Source: an uncultured Gammaproteobacteria bacterium (GTDB taxonomy: Bacteria > Pseudomonadota > Gammaproteobacteria > Ga0077536). From it: 64,000 nucleotides of DNA. The DNA is taken from the NCBI GenBank assembly GCA_963976285.1, contig CAXBJY010000012.1:23830-87829 (forward strand), written 5' to 3'. The stretch's first letter is position 1; each line of letters opens with the position of its first letter. The position numbers and the translations under genes were made by a program. A model generated the notes under the pieces. It saw nothing but the letters and a program-made list of their open reading frames with translations, did not search any database and had not been told where the DNA came from. Positions 10,669 to 20,839 of this stretch are shown here, piece by piece.

Positions 10669-10821
10669 GATTTTTTCTCCTTCTGTCGTCGCCGTCTGAC
10701 TCGACTGCGTTCCGAATAGCGCCTTAAAGATGGACATTGGCTCTCACCACCTTTGTGCAAGCTTATTGATTGGTTGATTCAGTCGTGCCGCGGATAACGC
10801 AGCCAGACGAACCGTGTTCCA

Positions 10822-11670
10822 TTAGGCATGTTCCAACAGCAATGCGATGAGACACGCTACCGTCAGATCCGCGCTCGTCCCGGGATTCACGCCGTTTTGT
10901 TTTAACTCGCGATCGAATTTCTTCAACTCCGGCGCGAATGTCGCCGGATTCTCGCACGCTTTGAAACCGCTTTCCAGCGCCCTCGCGGCGGCAGACACCG
11001 AGTGTGCCCGATCAGCGCCGAACTTGCGCATGATGTGCGTATCGGGAATCCGCCCGAGCAGCGCGAGGTAAACGCCGACGGCGGCCCACGCGAGTGATTG
11101 CCAGCGTTGTCGATAAGCGCGCAACAACGGTAATCCGAACTCGAACACATCGACGAACTCGTGCGTATATTCGTACGCAATACGGTCCCGTACGGACGCG
11201 AACTGCATCGCCTCGAGCAACGTAACCGCGGGCACGTCATCGACGTCGTGTTCGGCGCTGTGCCCGAGACCGGCGGGTTGCGCGATCCGAATCGCGGCAA
11301 AAACCTGCACGGCGTCATCAATCGTGAGCCCGTTGAGCACCCGACCGAGGCTCGTGCGCAACGATTCGCCTTCGCGTTGCCATAGCGCAGCGTGGGCCAG
11401 CGGCGCGCCGAGCAGAACGATACCGAGGTTCGTGTTGCAGCCGGTCGCGCGGACACTTGCCGTGACCGCGTTGCGAACGGCCCGGCCGAGCGTCGTGCCG
11501 TCATCCGCGAGGGCGCGCGCGGTATAGGCCGCGGCGACAAGAAAGTCCGTCGCCCGCATGTCATGGCCGGGGGAGTCGAAACTCACGTTTCCCGGCTTGA
11601 ACGCCATCACGTCGAGCCGGCACGCACACCGCAGCGCATCGCAAACGATGGCAACACGTTCGCTCGACAC
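10822..11670 (-). CDS. CitG-family triphosphoribosyl-dephospho-CoA-synthase-like protein Orf7
   Basis: KPGNVS, NTNLGIVLL, PDTHIMRKFG, NPGTSADLTVA; in-frame GTG at 11670 just after the orf5 stop. Confidence 0.85.
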   Translation of the reverse strand: MSSERVAIVCDALRCACRLDVMAFKPGNVSFDSPGHDMRATDFLVAAAYTARALADDGTTLGRAVRNAVTASVRATGCNTNLGIVLLGAPLAHAALWQREGESLRTSLGRVLNGLTIDDAVQVFAAIRIAQPAGLGHSAEHDVDDVPAVTLLEAMQFASVRDRIAYEYTHEFVDVFEFGLPLLRAYRQRWQSLAWAAVGVYLALLGRIPDTHIMRKFGADRAHSVSAAARALESGFKACENPATFAPELKKFDRELKQNGVNPGTSADLTVACLIALLLEHA

Positions 11671-11672
11671 GC

Positions 11673-12623
11673 CTAGCCGGCCGCCGCCAGCGTAGTCTGC
11701 CTGTGGATCTTGCCGGTGAATGCGCTGACGAGTTGTTGCGTGATATCGACCCCCGATGCGCGTTGCAGCCCCTGCCATGCCGGGATGCCGTTGACTTCGC
11801 TCACATACCAGTGGCCCGTGCTGTCGCGCAGCAGATCGATGCCGGCGTAATCGACGTCCAGGGCCGCGGCCGCGGCTTCGGCCAACTGCGCGAGTTGTCC
11901 GTCGTGGATCGAGGCGGGTTCGCACACGGCGCCCTGCGCGCGGTTCGTCACCCAATGTGATGATCGCCGTTGCATCGCGGCAACCGCATGGCCGTCGATC
12001 ACAAATACACGCCAGTCGCGGAAGTCGCCCTCGCCCGCATCGATGTATTCCTGCAGGTAGTACATCCCGCCCGGCGGCACGAGTCGATCAAACTCGTCGA
12101 GTGACCCGAGCTTCGCTACCCCGTTGCCCTGCGAGCCGAACAGCGGTTTCACGACGAGCTTCCTCGCCGCGCGGAACTCGCACTCGGCGACCGCGCGCGC
12201 GGCGGCGGCAGATTCGAGCACCCACGTCCGCGGCGTGGGAATACCGTCGCGGCTCAGCAGAAAACTCGTCAGTCCCTTGTCGACCGTACGCTCGATCGCG
12301 CGACCGTCGTTGAACACCGGCACGCCGACCATGCGCAGGGTATGCAATATGTTCAGCCGGGTAATGATCTGCTCGAGCGAGCCACCCGCAACCCCGCGGA
12401 CGAACGCCGCCTGCGGCAGGCTCGCGAAAGTCGGGATCGCGATACGCGGTGCGTTACCGGACAGATCGATCGAGCAATCGCACAAACTCGTGAAGCGCGC
12501 CACGTAACGTTCCGCGGCCAGCGCCGCGCGCAGGCGCCTGCCGTGCCAGCCCGGTTCGTCGGTGAAAATGACGACGGCACCGCGTTCGGTCAGCGCTTCG
12601 GGGTCACGCACCAAACGATTCAT
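11673..12623 (-). CDS. RimK-family ATP-grasp glutamate ligase Orf5 (cofactor polyglutamylation)
   Basis: [60 protein letters not shown]; start uncertain (12623 ATG or 12638 GTG). Confidence 0.85.
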   Translation of the reverse strand: MNRLVRDPEALTERGAVVIFTDEPGWHGRRLRAALAAERYVARFTSLCDCSIDLSGNAPRIAIPTFASLPQAAFVRGVAGGSLEQIITRLNILHTLRMVGVPVFNDGRAIERTVDKGLTSFLLSRDGIPTPRTWVLESAAAARAVAECEFRAARKLVVKPLFGSQGNGVAKLGSLDEFDRLVPPGGMYYLQEYIDAGEGDFRDWRVFVIDGHAVAAMQRRSSHWVTNRAQGAVCEPASIHDGQLAQLAEAAAAALDVDYAGIDLLRDSTGHWYVSEVNGIPAWQGLQRASGVDITQQLVSAFTGKIHRQTTLAAAG

Positions 12624-13575
12624 CGAGTAAATCTTCACGGAACTCGCCGGCGTGGAACGTGCGTCCGCTCCTGATCGAGGTTACCGCGCACACCGCGGGC
12701 GAGAACAACATCGGGTCGATCTTGTAGAAATCGTAACCGCAGTCCTTGAAGATCGTGCCGAATGGCTTACCGAAATCACGCGACGAAGAACTCGGTAAAC
12801 CCGTCGCGAGTTCCTCGGCCGCCGCATCGTCGCTATCGACATACAGATGGACGCGTCCACCGAACAGTATCGCGTCGTTCGTGCGTCCCATCGCGGTCAT
12901 GAAATCGGCGCTCGGCGGCGGTACCGGCGCATTGCCGCCGCCATCGACGAGTTGCCCGAGCGGGAACTTCAGTTCATGCACCTTGTGCAAGGCCACCTCG
13001 AGTACGCGCGAGACAATTTGCACACCGCCGGCGAGGCTCGTCGTCGGCGTGAGGATCAGGGTCAGTTGCGCCGGTTCTATCTGGCAGTAACTGATGATTT
13101 TCTCGATGACTTCCGGCGGCGGCTTGCGATCGACTTCGAGTACGAGCGCCGTCGTCCCCGGCGGATTACGGAAACCGAGTTCCTCGAACAAGGGTTCACG
13201 GCTGCCAATCGCCCGCGCCGGACCGGACCCCAGCGCATAGAACGCGTCCTTGCCCTTGCCGTGATTCAGACTCCAGCCCGCGTACTGCGACCCAAGACAC
13301 GCGATCACCGGATTACTCGCATGGACGTCGACGCTCCACGACCAGTGTTTGAACGCCGTGCCCGTCGCGAGATTCACGCGACCGAGTCCGCCGAGACAGA
13401 TCTCGCCGATCATCCTGCCTGCTTCCAGCCCGCCGGCGACGTCGATGCCCGCATCGACAATCGTAACGCCGCTGGCTTCCGTCGACACCTGCACCCGGTA
13501 CCGGTCGGGCTGAGTGATCAACGCCTCAACCCCGGGTCTGGCCAGTTCGCTCACGTTCACAGTCGTCTCACCCAT
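12604..13575 (-). CDS. mch: Methenyl-H4MPT cyclohydrolase
   Basis: [65 protein letters not shown]; AGGGAG RBS before ATG 13575. Confidence 0.96.
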   Translation of the reverse strand: MGETTVNVSELARPGVEALITQPDRYRVQVSTEASGVTIVDAGIDVAGGLEAGRMIGEICLGGLGRVNLATGTAFKHWSWSVDVHASNPVIACLGSQYAGWSLNHGKGKDAFYALGSGPARAIGSREPLFEELGFRNPPGTTALVLEVDRKPPPEVIEKIISYCQIEPAQLTLILTPTTSLAGGVQIVSRVLEVALHKVHELKFPLGQLVDGGGNAPVPPPSADFMTAMGRTNDAILFGGRVHLYVDSDDAAAEELATGLPSSSSRDFGKPFGTIFKDCGYDFYKIDPMLFSPAVCAVTSIRSGRTFHAGEFREDLLDESFGA

Positions 13576-13641
13576 GCAGAAATTCTCCCTAGATTCCATG
13601 TGTTGATGTTTCGAGTTATCGCGCACCGCAGTCGCGCGCGC

Positions 13642-14781
13642 TCAATGCGCGGCGTCCGCAACGCCAGCCGCGGGCGTTTCACCGGCGAACAGTCGGCCGA
13701 GACTTGCGAGACGCTCCTGCAGTACGTGGCGCGTTGCCGGTACGGTGCCCGCGCGCGCAACGTACGCCGAACAGACCGGCATGCCGGCGGTGATCCGCGT
13801 GCCGGCCTGTGGACGATCCGTGCACCACGACGGCAAGTCTAACCCGTCGCTTACGGTAAACGATCGCTTTGCAACGCACACGCCCGATGCCCGTACGTCG
13901 CCGTATGTCCGAATTGCGGTCTCGCGTGCGTTCATGTGAGCGGCGAACACATCTCCCGGATCCGCGAGCAGATCGAACGTTGCAACCGGACGCGGGTTGA
14001 TCTCGATCAGGGTCAGCGTACCGCCCTCGCCGGCAATAAAATCGATCCCGCACAAACCGCGCAACGAAAAGTAATCCGTCACTGCGGCGGCAATGTGACG
14101 AACTTCGTCGGCATAGTGCGCGAACGTATCCGGAATCGTGACCGCGCCGGCGTAGTGATAGGCCGCCGCGCCGTCGGGTCCGACACCCGGCAATGCCGCG
14201 CACATGCCGAGCACGCTGACCCCTGCCGGCCTGGCGACGAACGCCGCCGACACGGGCGCACCGGTGATGTGTGCCGCGAAATAGTCGCGCTGCCCGGGAA
14301 TCGATTCCGCGCGGGCCGCGCGTATGTGATCACCACCGCAACCGCCGCGCCGTTTCAACAGCCAGCGCTTCGCGCCGGGCACCAGGGTCCAGGCCGTTCG
14401 CGGGCTCGCAATGCCGAGTTCATCGAGGCCGCGCCGAAACCGGACGGGATCGTTGCACGCAGCGACCGCCGCGGTGCGGCAACCGTGCAACTTCGCGCGC
14501 GCTTCGAGCGCCGCGAGCAGATGGATCTGATCTTCGAACCCGCTGCCACAAACGATCGGCAGCGGGCCATGAGTCGCCGTGATTCCGCGTACGAGGTCGA
14601 GCAGTCTGGCGCCGGGAAATGCGAGCCCGTGCGCTGGCGGGATGACGAAATTCACCGCGCACCGGGCCTGCGTGTCGGCATCTCCGAACAGGTCGATGAC
14701 AACCGGCGTATACCCGGCACGCCGTGCCGCGGCTGCGAGTTGCCGCCCGGAGCGGGCGATGATCAGAACGTCCGGACGCAT
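13642..14781 (-). CDS. ATP-grasp protein OrfY
   Basis: SGRQLAAAARRAG, DLFGDADT, GSGFE, WLLKRRGGCGG, LIEINPRP; canonical position between mtdB and mch. Confidence 0.8.
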   Translation of the reverse strand: MRPDVLIIARSGRQLAAAARRAGYTPVVIDLFGDADTQARCAVNFVIPPAHGLAFPGARLLDLVRGITATHGPLPIVCGSGFEDQIHLLAALEARAKLHGCRTAAVAACNDPVRFRRGLDELGIASPRTAWTLVPGAKRWLLKRRGGCGGDHIRAARAESIPGQRDYFAAHITGAPVSAAFVARPAGVSVLGMCAALPGVGPDGAAAYHYAGAVTIPDTFAHYADEVRHIAAAVTDYFSLRGLCGIDFIAGEGGTLTLIEINPRPVATFDLLADPGDVFAAHMNARETAIRTYGDVRASGVCVAKRSFTVSDGLDLPSWCTDRPQAGTRITAGMPVCSAYVARAGTVPATRHVLQERLASLGRLFAGETPAAGVADAAH

Positions 14782-14800
14782 CGCTTGCGGGACGCGTGGC

Positions 14801-15712
14801 TTACAGGCGATCGGCGACGATCGCGCGGGCCATCTCGAATGCCTCCGGATAGGACAGGTATACCGGCTTGTCCGTCGCATGCATGCGCCCCAGGAGTCCG
14901 GTGTGCACGCGGTACTTGATGTCGCCGATCGCGAGCGCACCGATCCCGAGTGCGCGTGCGCCGGGAACGTCGAGCGGGACCTGGCGCGCGTCCGGTGCGA
15001 CGCCGGCGATACCGCTCGGTGGTACGGCATTCGCATCCGCGGCGACGAGCAGGCGATCGGCGTTCGCGAGCATCGCTTCGTCGATCACCTCGATACCCGC
15101 TTTCGCCGTATTAAACACGACTTCCGCTTCGGTCATGATCGCGGCGACCGCTTCCGTACTGCTGCCGTCCACGCCGTTGAACGCGAGCCCGTAGCGTCGC
15201 GCGCAACGATCCGCGGCAAACTGCGCGGCGCCGAGGCCCTGATGCGAAACCACCGAGACTTCGGCCCCGGCGAGCGCCGACAACAGCGCGACACAGGTTC
15301 CAACCGGACCCGTCCCACCGAATATAAACACGCGCGCTCGTTCGAGCGTGCGCGAGAATTTTTGCTGCAATGTGCGTTCGACGATCGCCGCCATCGCCGA
15401 TGCCGTCGTAATGGCACCGCTCGGATCGGCCATCACGGAGATTTCAAATGGCGGCACCATGGCGCCGCGACACGCCTCGAGCATATCGAGCGCGGCATCG
15501 AGTTCGCGCCCACCGATAAAAATACCCGTACGCTTAACGCCTTCGGGACGGCGCGAGAAAATCGTGTCCTGCGTCAGTGAATGGACTTCATCGAGTTGGA
15601 CGTCGCAGTACGGGATCACGGCATCGAAATTCGCTTCGTAAGCCATGTTGATGTCGAACGGACTGACGTATTTCGTCGGACTGAAAATATGCAGCAGGTA
15701 AGGATCGCTCAC
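14801..15712 (-). CDS. mtdB: NAD(P)-dependent methylene-H4MPT dehydrogenase (MtdB-type)
   Basis: SPFDINMAY, QDTIFSR, RTGIFIGGR, MVPPFEISVMADPSGAITTA, FGGTGPVG, DANAVPPSGI, GALAIGDIKY. Confidence 0.92.
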   Translation of the reverse strand: MSDPYLLHIFSPTKYVSPFDINMAYEANFDAVIPYCDVQLDEVHSLTQDTIFSRRPEGVKRTGIFIGGRELDAALDMLEACRGAMVPPFEISVMADPSGAITTASAMAAIVERTLQQKFSRTLERARVFIFGGTGPVGTCVALLSALAGAEVSVVSHQGLGAAQFAADRCARRYGLAFNGVDGSSTEAVAAIMTEAEVVFNTAKAGIEVIDEAMLANADRLLVAADANAVPPSGIAGVAPDARQVPLDVPGARALGIGALAIGDIKYRVHTGLLGRMHATDKPVYLSYPEAFEMARAIVADRL

Positions 15713-15776
15713 GCTCGCTCCCGATAATGTTGTGGTCGCCCGCCGTCGTCAGTGCGCGCCGATACGCGAGCGCTCA

Positions 15777-16775
15777 TCATGCCGTGGCGTTCGATCGCTG
15801 TTTCGCGGCCGCCGAGCGTTGTATCGACGCGCCCGTGTTACGCGCCGCGTGTACGGAGAAGCCCACATGCGGCTGATCCGCGAAGCGGGCCGCGGCGGCC
15901 CTGACCGCGGCGGCGGCAACGGCAGCGGACGGGGCGAAAGCAAATCCGGTGGGTCCCCAGGATGTCTGCCCGATACCCTGTAAGCCGTGCGCGTCGCGCA
16001 GATAAGCGACGGCGGCGGCGACATCGGGACTCGTAAACCGCCCGCCCTGATACGGGCTGAAGTAATCACCGATGATTGCCTGAATCTGCGCTATGGACGT
16101 GGCAAACGTCGCGAAATCGCGCTCGACGAGCGCCGGAAATACGCCCATCAGGGTCAGGCGACAGAGCCGCTCCGCGAGCGCTACGCGCATCGGCGGCGCG
16201 TCGCGAAACGCCGCGTTCTCCGCCGAACCGCTGAGCCCCTCGTGCGCCTCGTCGTGCACGAGTATGACGCGCCAGTCCGCGGGAAAGTCGAAACGTGCGA
16301 GCACCGGCGGTACACTCGATTTGTCCGAGCGCCCGCCATCGACGACGAACCCGCCGCTCGCGAACACGCCGATCCCGATCCCCGAGCGCGCGCCGCGCCC
16401 GGTCAGCTCGGCGAGTTCGGGGACGCTGCGTTCGAAATCGCACGCGGTCGTAATCGCCGAGGCGACCGCGAGCGCGAGCTGGGTACCGGAACCGAGGCCG
16501 GCGTGTGCGGGAATTGCCGTGTGCACGTCGAGCGCGACGCACGGATCGAGCTGCAGCGATGCAAGCACATCGCGAGCGTACCCGAGCGTTCTCGCGCTCT
16601 CGAGGCCGGTCGCCGTGAGAGACTGCGACCGGGTCGCGCTGACGATCGTCGACAGGCCTTCGATGGCGAGGCCGAGAGAACCGAATTTGCGGCCGAGATC
16701 GCCACTCAGATCAACAAACCCGAGATGCAGGCGAGCCGGCGATTCGACGGTGATGCAACGCGGCGCAGCACTCAT
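15777..16775 (-). CDS. mptG: Beta-ribofuranosylaminobenzene 5'-phosphate synthase (GHMP kinase fold)
   Basis: ARLHLGF, HAGLGSGTQLALA, RGARSGIG, GGFVVDGG, GQTSWGPTGF. Confidence 0.92.
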   Translation of the reverse strand: MSAAPRCITVESPARLHLGFVDLSGDLGRKFGSLGLAIEGLSTIVSATRSQSLTATGLESARTLGYARDVLASLQLDPCVALDVHTAIPAHAGLGSGTQLALAVASAITTACDFERSVPELAELTGRGARSGIGIGVFASGGFVVDGGRSDKSSVPPVLARFDFPADWRVILVHDEAHEGLSGSAENAAFRDAPPMRVALAERLCRLTLMGVFPALVERDFATFATSIAQIQAIIGDYFSPYQGGRFTSPDVAAAVAYLRDAHGLQGIGQTSWGPTGFAFAPSAAVAAAAVRAAAARFADQPHVGFSVHAARNTGASIQRSAAAKQRSNATA

Positions 16776-16984
16776 GGCTAACGGAAGTCCTCGATCGCAT
16801 CGGCCTTGTCGGAGACAGTGACAGGCTGATGGAATTGCTTAGTAGCGTTATAGTTTAACGGATGAGCAGCGGATAGATAGTGTACGGCTCCGCACGTTGT
16901 GATAACGTTAGTTGCTCTGTTGCGGCGGCCGGGAGCGCAACGGATGTTTGAATTTTTATCCAACATTTTCGTGTAACGCAGACT

Positions 16985-18259
16985 GTGCCGAAACGATCCC
17001 ATTCCGGTTCCGCCCCCGCTCAGCGCATCGACGACGTTGCGTGCCCGTTCTGTCCCCTGTTGTGTGACGACCTCGTGATCGAGAAACGCGGTGACGAACT
17101 CGCGGCGCGCAAGCACGCCTGTGCGCGGGCGGTGTCCGCTTTCGCACGGCCCCGACCGGCAGGCACAGCGCTCGTCAACGGCGAACGCGCAAACCATACG
17201 GCAGCGATCGGTGCGGCCGTGAAGATCCTGAAAGCTGCGCAGGCGCCGCTGATCAGCGGACTGGGTACGGATGTCGATGGCGTGCGTGCGGCGGTTGCGC
17301 TCGCCGAGCGTGCGCGCGCAATGCTGGACCACGCGAACACGGCTGGCCTCGACAGCGGTATGCGCGTGCTCCAGTCGCGCGGCTGGTACACGACAACACT
17401 CGCGGAAGTCCGCAACCGCGCCGATCTGATTATTCTCGTCGGCGCCGATGTCGTGACGAATTACGCGAATTTCATGCGCCGCGTCGTCGAACCGAGGCAG
17501 ACGCTGCACAACGATCGACGTGAACACCGACGCGTCGTGCATATCGGTCCGCAGGCAAGCGCGCCGGCGGCGACGCCATCCTGCACGGTCGAGACGATTC
17601 GCACGCGCCCTGCCGATCTCGCCGCGACGATGTCGCAATTGCGCGCGGCGCTCGGCGGCCATGCACTTGCCCGCGGTACCCGCACGCGTCGCATCGCAGC
17701 ACTCGCGGCAGCCATCAGGCAGGCTGCCTACCCCGTATTCGTGTGGGCACCCGGGCAGCTTCCGCGTGGCGATGCGGACGTGACGATCGCGACGACCACG
17801 CGCCTGATTGATGATTTGAACCGGCATCAGCGGGCCGCCGGCCTCGTCCTTGGCGGCGACAATGGTGCGATCGGTGCGGTCAATGTCTGCGCCTGGCTGA
17901 CCGGGTTCCCGTTACACGTTTCGTTTGCCGGCAAGACGCTCGAGTACGACCCCGTACGCTACCGCACGGAACGTCTGCTCGGCGATCGTGCGATCGACAC
18001 GCTCGTGTGGATAGACGCGTTCGGCGATGCACCGATGCCGGCACTCGACGACGCCATCAAGTGCATCGCGATTGGTGATCCGGCAGCCGCGGCGAATACG
18101 CGCGCGAACGTTTTCATCCCCGTCGGCACACCGGGGGTCGATCATGCCGGCCGCCTCGTGCGCACGGACTCCGTCATAACGCTGCACGTCGATCAACTGC
18201 GGCCACGGGGTTTCCGGAGTGCCGCGGACGTGCTGCAGGAGTTACTCGCGCAATGGTGA
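16985..18259 (+). CDS. fhcB: Formyltransferase/hydrolase complex subunit B (FwdB homologue)
   Basis: CPFCPLLCDDL, TTLAEVRNRADL, GFPLHVSF, PGVDHAG; first gene of the BADC order; GTG start. Confidence 0.88.
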   Translation: MPKRSHSGSAPAQRIDDVACPFCPLLCDDLVIEKRGDELAARKHACARAVSAFARPRPAGTALVNGERANHTAAIGAAVKILKAAQAPLISGLGTDVDGVRAAVALAERARAMLDHANTAGLDSGMRVLQSRGWYTTTLAEVRNRADLIILVGADVVTNYANFMRRVVEPRQTLHNDRREHRRVVHIGPQASAPAATPSCTVETIRTRPADLAATMSQLRAALGGHALARGTRTRRIAALAAAIRQAAYPVFVWAPGQLPRGDADVTIATTTRLIDDLNRHQRAAGLVLGGDNGAIGAVNVCAWLTGFPLHVSFAGKTLEYDPVRYRTERLLGDRAIDTLVWIDAFGDAPMPALDDAIKCIAIGDPAAAANTRANVFIPVGTPGVDHAGRLVRTDSVITLHVDQLRPRGFRSAADVLQELLAQW

Positions 18260-18281
18260 TTTCACGGGCGGAGCCGACGTC

Positions 18282-19946
18282 ATGCTGACACGACTGAAAG
18301 GCGCGCGTATTTACGACCCGGCAAACGGGATCGACGGACGGCGCCAGGATCTGTTTTTCGAAAACGGCAAAATCGTCGCGGCGCCGGACAACACACGCCG
18401 CGCCGACGTCACGATCGACGCGCGCGGCTGCGCGATCATGGCCGGCGGGATCGACATTCACACCCATATCGGCGGCGGCAAGGTCAATATCGCACGCATG
18501 ATGCTGCCCGAAGATCATGCCGACAGCCTCGTCACGCGCGGCGCGCAGCCACGCATGGGGTGTGGGCATGCCGCGCCGTCCACCCTCACGGCCGGCTACC
18601 GCTACGCGGAAATGGGTTATACCGCGTGTTTCGAACCCGCGATGCTGCCCGTCAATGCGCGCCAGGCGCATATGGAAATGGCCGATACGCCGATCGTCGA
18701 CAAGGGTGCCTACGCGCTCCTCGGCAACGATGACTTCCTGCTGCGCCTGTTGCGCAAGAAGGCCGATCCGGAAGTCATCCGTAACTACATTGCCTGGACC
18801 CTGCACTCCGCTCAGGCGCTCGCGATCAAGGTCGTGAATCCGGGCGGCATCAATGCGTTCAAATTCAACCAGCGCAAACTCGATGTCGATGAGAAAAACT
18901 CGCACTACGACGTAACCCCGCGCGCAATCCTGCAGGCACTCGCGAGCGGCGTACAGGCGCTCGGCCTGGCCCACCCGCTGCATATTCACGGCTGCAACCT
19001 CGGCGTGCCCGGCAACATGGACACAACGCTCGACACGATTGCGGCGCTCGACGGCATTCCGGCACATCTCACGCACCTGCAGTTCCACAGTTACGGCACC
19101 GAGGGCGATCACAAATTTTCCTCCGGTGCGGCAGCGATTGCGGAACGCATCAATGCAAGTCCGAATATCTCGCTCGACGTGGGTCAGATCATGTTCGGGC
19201 AGACGGTGACGGAATCGGGCGACAGCATGCGTCAGCACGCCGGCAGCGCCTACGCTCACCCGAAGAAGTGGGTTGGCATGGATATCGAGTGCGACGCCGG
19301 TTGCGGGGTCGTACCGTTCCGCTACAAGGATCAGAATTTCGTCAACGCGCTGCAATGGGCGATTGGACTCGAACTGTTTCTCAGCATCGACGACCCGTGG
19401 CGGATCTTCCTGACCACCGATCATCCAAACGGCGCCCCGTTCACGACGTATCCGCATCTGATCCGGCTGCTCATGGATCGGAGTTTCCGTAACGACATGC
19501 TCGCCACGATCAACCCCGACGCGGCCGCCGCGAGCCACCTCGGTGCGATGAAACGCGAGTACAGCCTGTACGAGATCGCGATCATGACCCGCGCGGGCCC
19601 GGCACGATCGCTCGGACTGAAATCCAAGGGTCATCTTGGCCCCGGCGCGGATGCGGATATCACCGTCTACCGCGAACATGCGAACCGCGAGCGCATGTTC
19701 ACGAACCCGGATTATGTGTTTAAAGCGGGCGAACTCGTCGCGCGCAAGGGACGGATCCGGAGCGTTCCCGTCGGTACGACACACGTCTCGCGCGCCGAGT
19801 ATGACGACGGCATCGATGCGGACCTCGACACCTATTTCGAACGCTATATGACCATGCGCAAAAACCGTATCCGGGTATCCGACGACGAAATCCGGGATCA
19901 CGGCCGCGGCAAACTGAAAATCCACAAAGCGCAGCGTCGAACATGA
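18282..19946 (+). CDS. fhcA: Fhc subunit A (formyl-methylofuran amidohydrolase, FwdA homologue)
   Basis: GGIDIHTHIGGG, GYRYAEMGYT, AIKVVNPGG, HLQFHSYG, TTDHPNG, GHLGPGADADI; GGAG RBS before ATG 18282. Confidence 0.96.
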   Translation: MLTRLKGARIYDPANGIDGRRQDLFFENGKIVAAPDNTRRADVTIDARGCAIMAGGIDIHTHIGGGKVNIARMMLPEDHADSLVTRGAQPRMGCGHAAPSTLTAGYRYAEMGYTACFEPAMLPVNARQAHMEMADTPIVDKGAYALLGNDDFLLRLLRKKADPEVIRNYIAWTLHSAQALAIKVVNPGGINAFKFNQRKLDVDEKNSHYDVTPRAILQALASGVQALGLAHPLHIHGCNLGVPGNMDTTLDTIAALDGIPAHLTHLQFHSYGTEGDHKFSSGAAAIAERINASPNISLDVGQIMFGQTVTESGDSMRQHAGSAYAHPKKWVGMDIECDAGCGVVPFRYKDQNFVNALQWAIGLELFLSIDDPWRIFLTTDHPNGAPFTTYPHLIRLLMDRSFRNDMLATINPDAAAASHLGAMKREYSLYEIAIMTRAGPARSLGLKSKGHLGPGADADITVYREHANRERMFTNPDYVFKAGELVARKGRIRSVPVGTTHVSRAEYDDGIDADLDTYFERYMTMRKNRIRVSDDEIRDHGRGKLKIHKAQRRT

Positions 19947-20839
19947 AAATAAACGGCGTAGCGATAGAGAACACGTTTGCCGAGGCGTTCCCGATGAAGG
20001 CGACCCGCCTGATCGTGACCGCGGCTAACGATACCTGGGCGGGACACGCCGGTACCGCGATGACCGGCTTCGCGACGTCCGTGATCGCCTGCGGTTGTGA
20101 AGCCGGAATCGAACGCGTACTGAAACCGCGCGAGACGCCGGACGGACGACCCGGCGTCTCCGTGCTGCTGTTCACGATGAGCAAGAAGGAACTCGGCAAA
20201 CAAATCCAGAACCGGGTCGGCCAGTGCGTGCTCACGTGCCCGACTACGGCGTGCTACGCCGGACTCGATGAAGGCGATCCGATCGAACTCGGGAAAAACC
20301 TGCGGTTTTTCGGCGACGGCTACCAGATTGCGAAGAAATTCGGCAACACGCGCTACTGGCGGGTGCCGGTCATGGATGGCGAGTTCGTATGCGAGGAAAC
20401 TACCCGGATCGCTCCGGCGATCGGCGGGGGTAATTTTCTGATCCTCGCGGAAACCCAGGCCCAGGCACTCGAAGCAAGCGAGCGCGCAATCACGGCCATG
20501 CGCCGGGTGCCAAACGTCATCATGCCGTTCCCGGGGGGCGTTGTGCGTTCCGGCTCGAAGGTCGGTTCGAAATACAAGGCACTGCCCGCCTCGACGAATG
20601 ATCGTTATTGCCCGACCCTGAAAGGGCTCGTCGATTCCGCGCTCGGCGCCGAGGTCGGCGCGGTCCTCGAAATCGTCATCGACGGGCTCGATACGGCCTC
20701 GATCGACGCAGCGACCCGGGTCGGCATCGAAGCGGCATGTCGCATGGGGCGCAAGCGCGGCATCATCGCGATCAGCGCGGGTAACTATGGCGGCAGCCTC
20801 GGTCCTTACCACTTCAAATTGCGCGAGATACTGCGGTGA
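19943..20839 (+). CDS. fhcD: Fhc subunit D, formylmethanofuran:H4MPT formyltransferase (Ftr)
   Basis: ENTFAEAF, TGFATSVIACGCEAGIE, GQCVLTCPT, GGVVRSGSKVGS, EIVIDG, AGNYGG. Confidence 0.96.
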   Translation: MKINGVAIENTFAEAFPMKATRLIVTAANDTWAGHAGTAMTGFATSVIACGCEAGIERVLKPRETPDGRPGVSVLLFTMSKKELGKQIQNRVGQCVLTCPTTACYAGLDEGDPIELGKNLRFFGDGYQIAKKFGNTRYWRVPVMDGEFVCEETTRIAPAIGGGNFLILAETQAQALEASERAITAMRRVPNVIMPFPGGVVRSGSKVGSKYKALPASTNDRYCPTLKGLVDSALGAEVGAVLEIVIDGLDTASIDAATRVGIEAACRMGRKRGIIAISAGNYGGSLGPYHFKLREILR

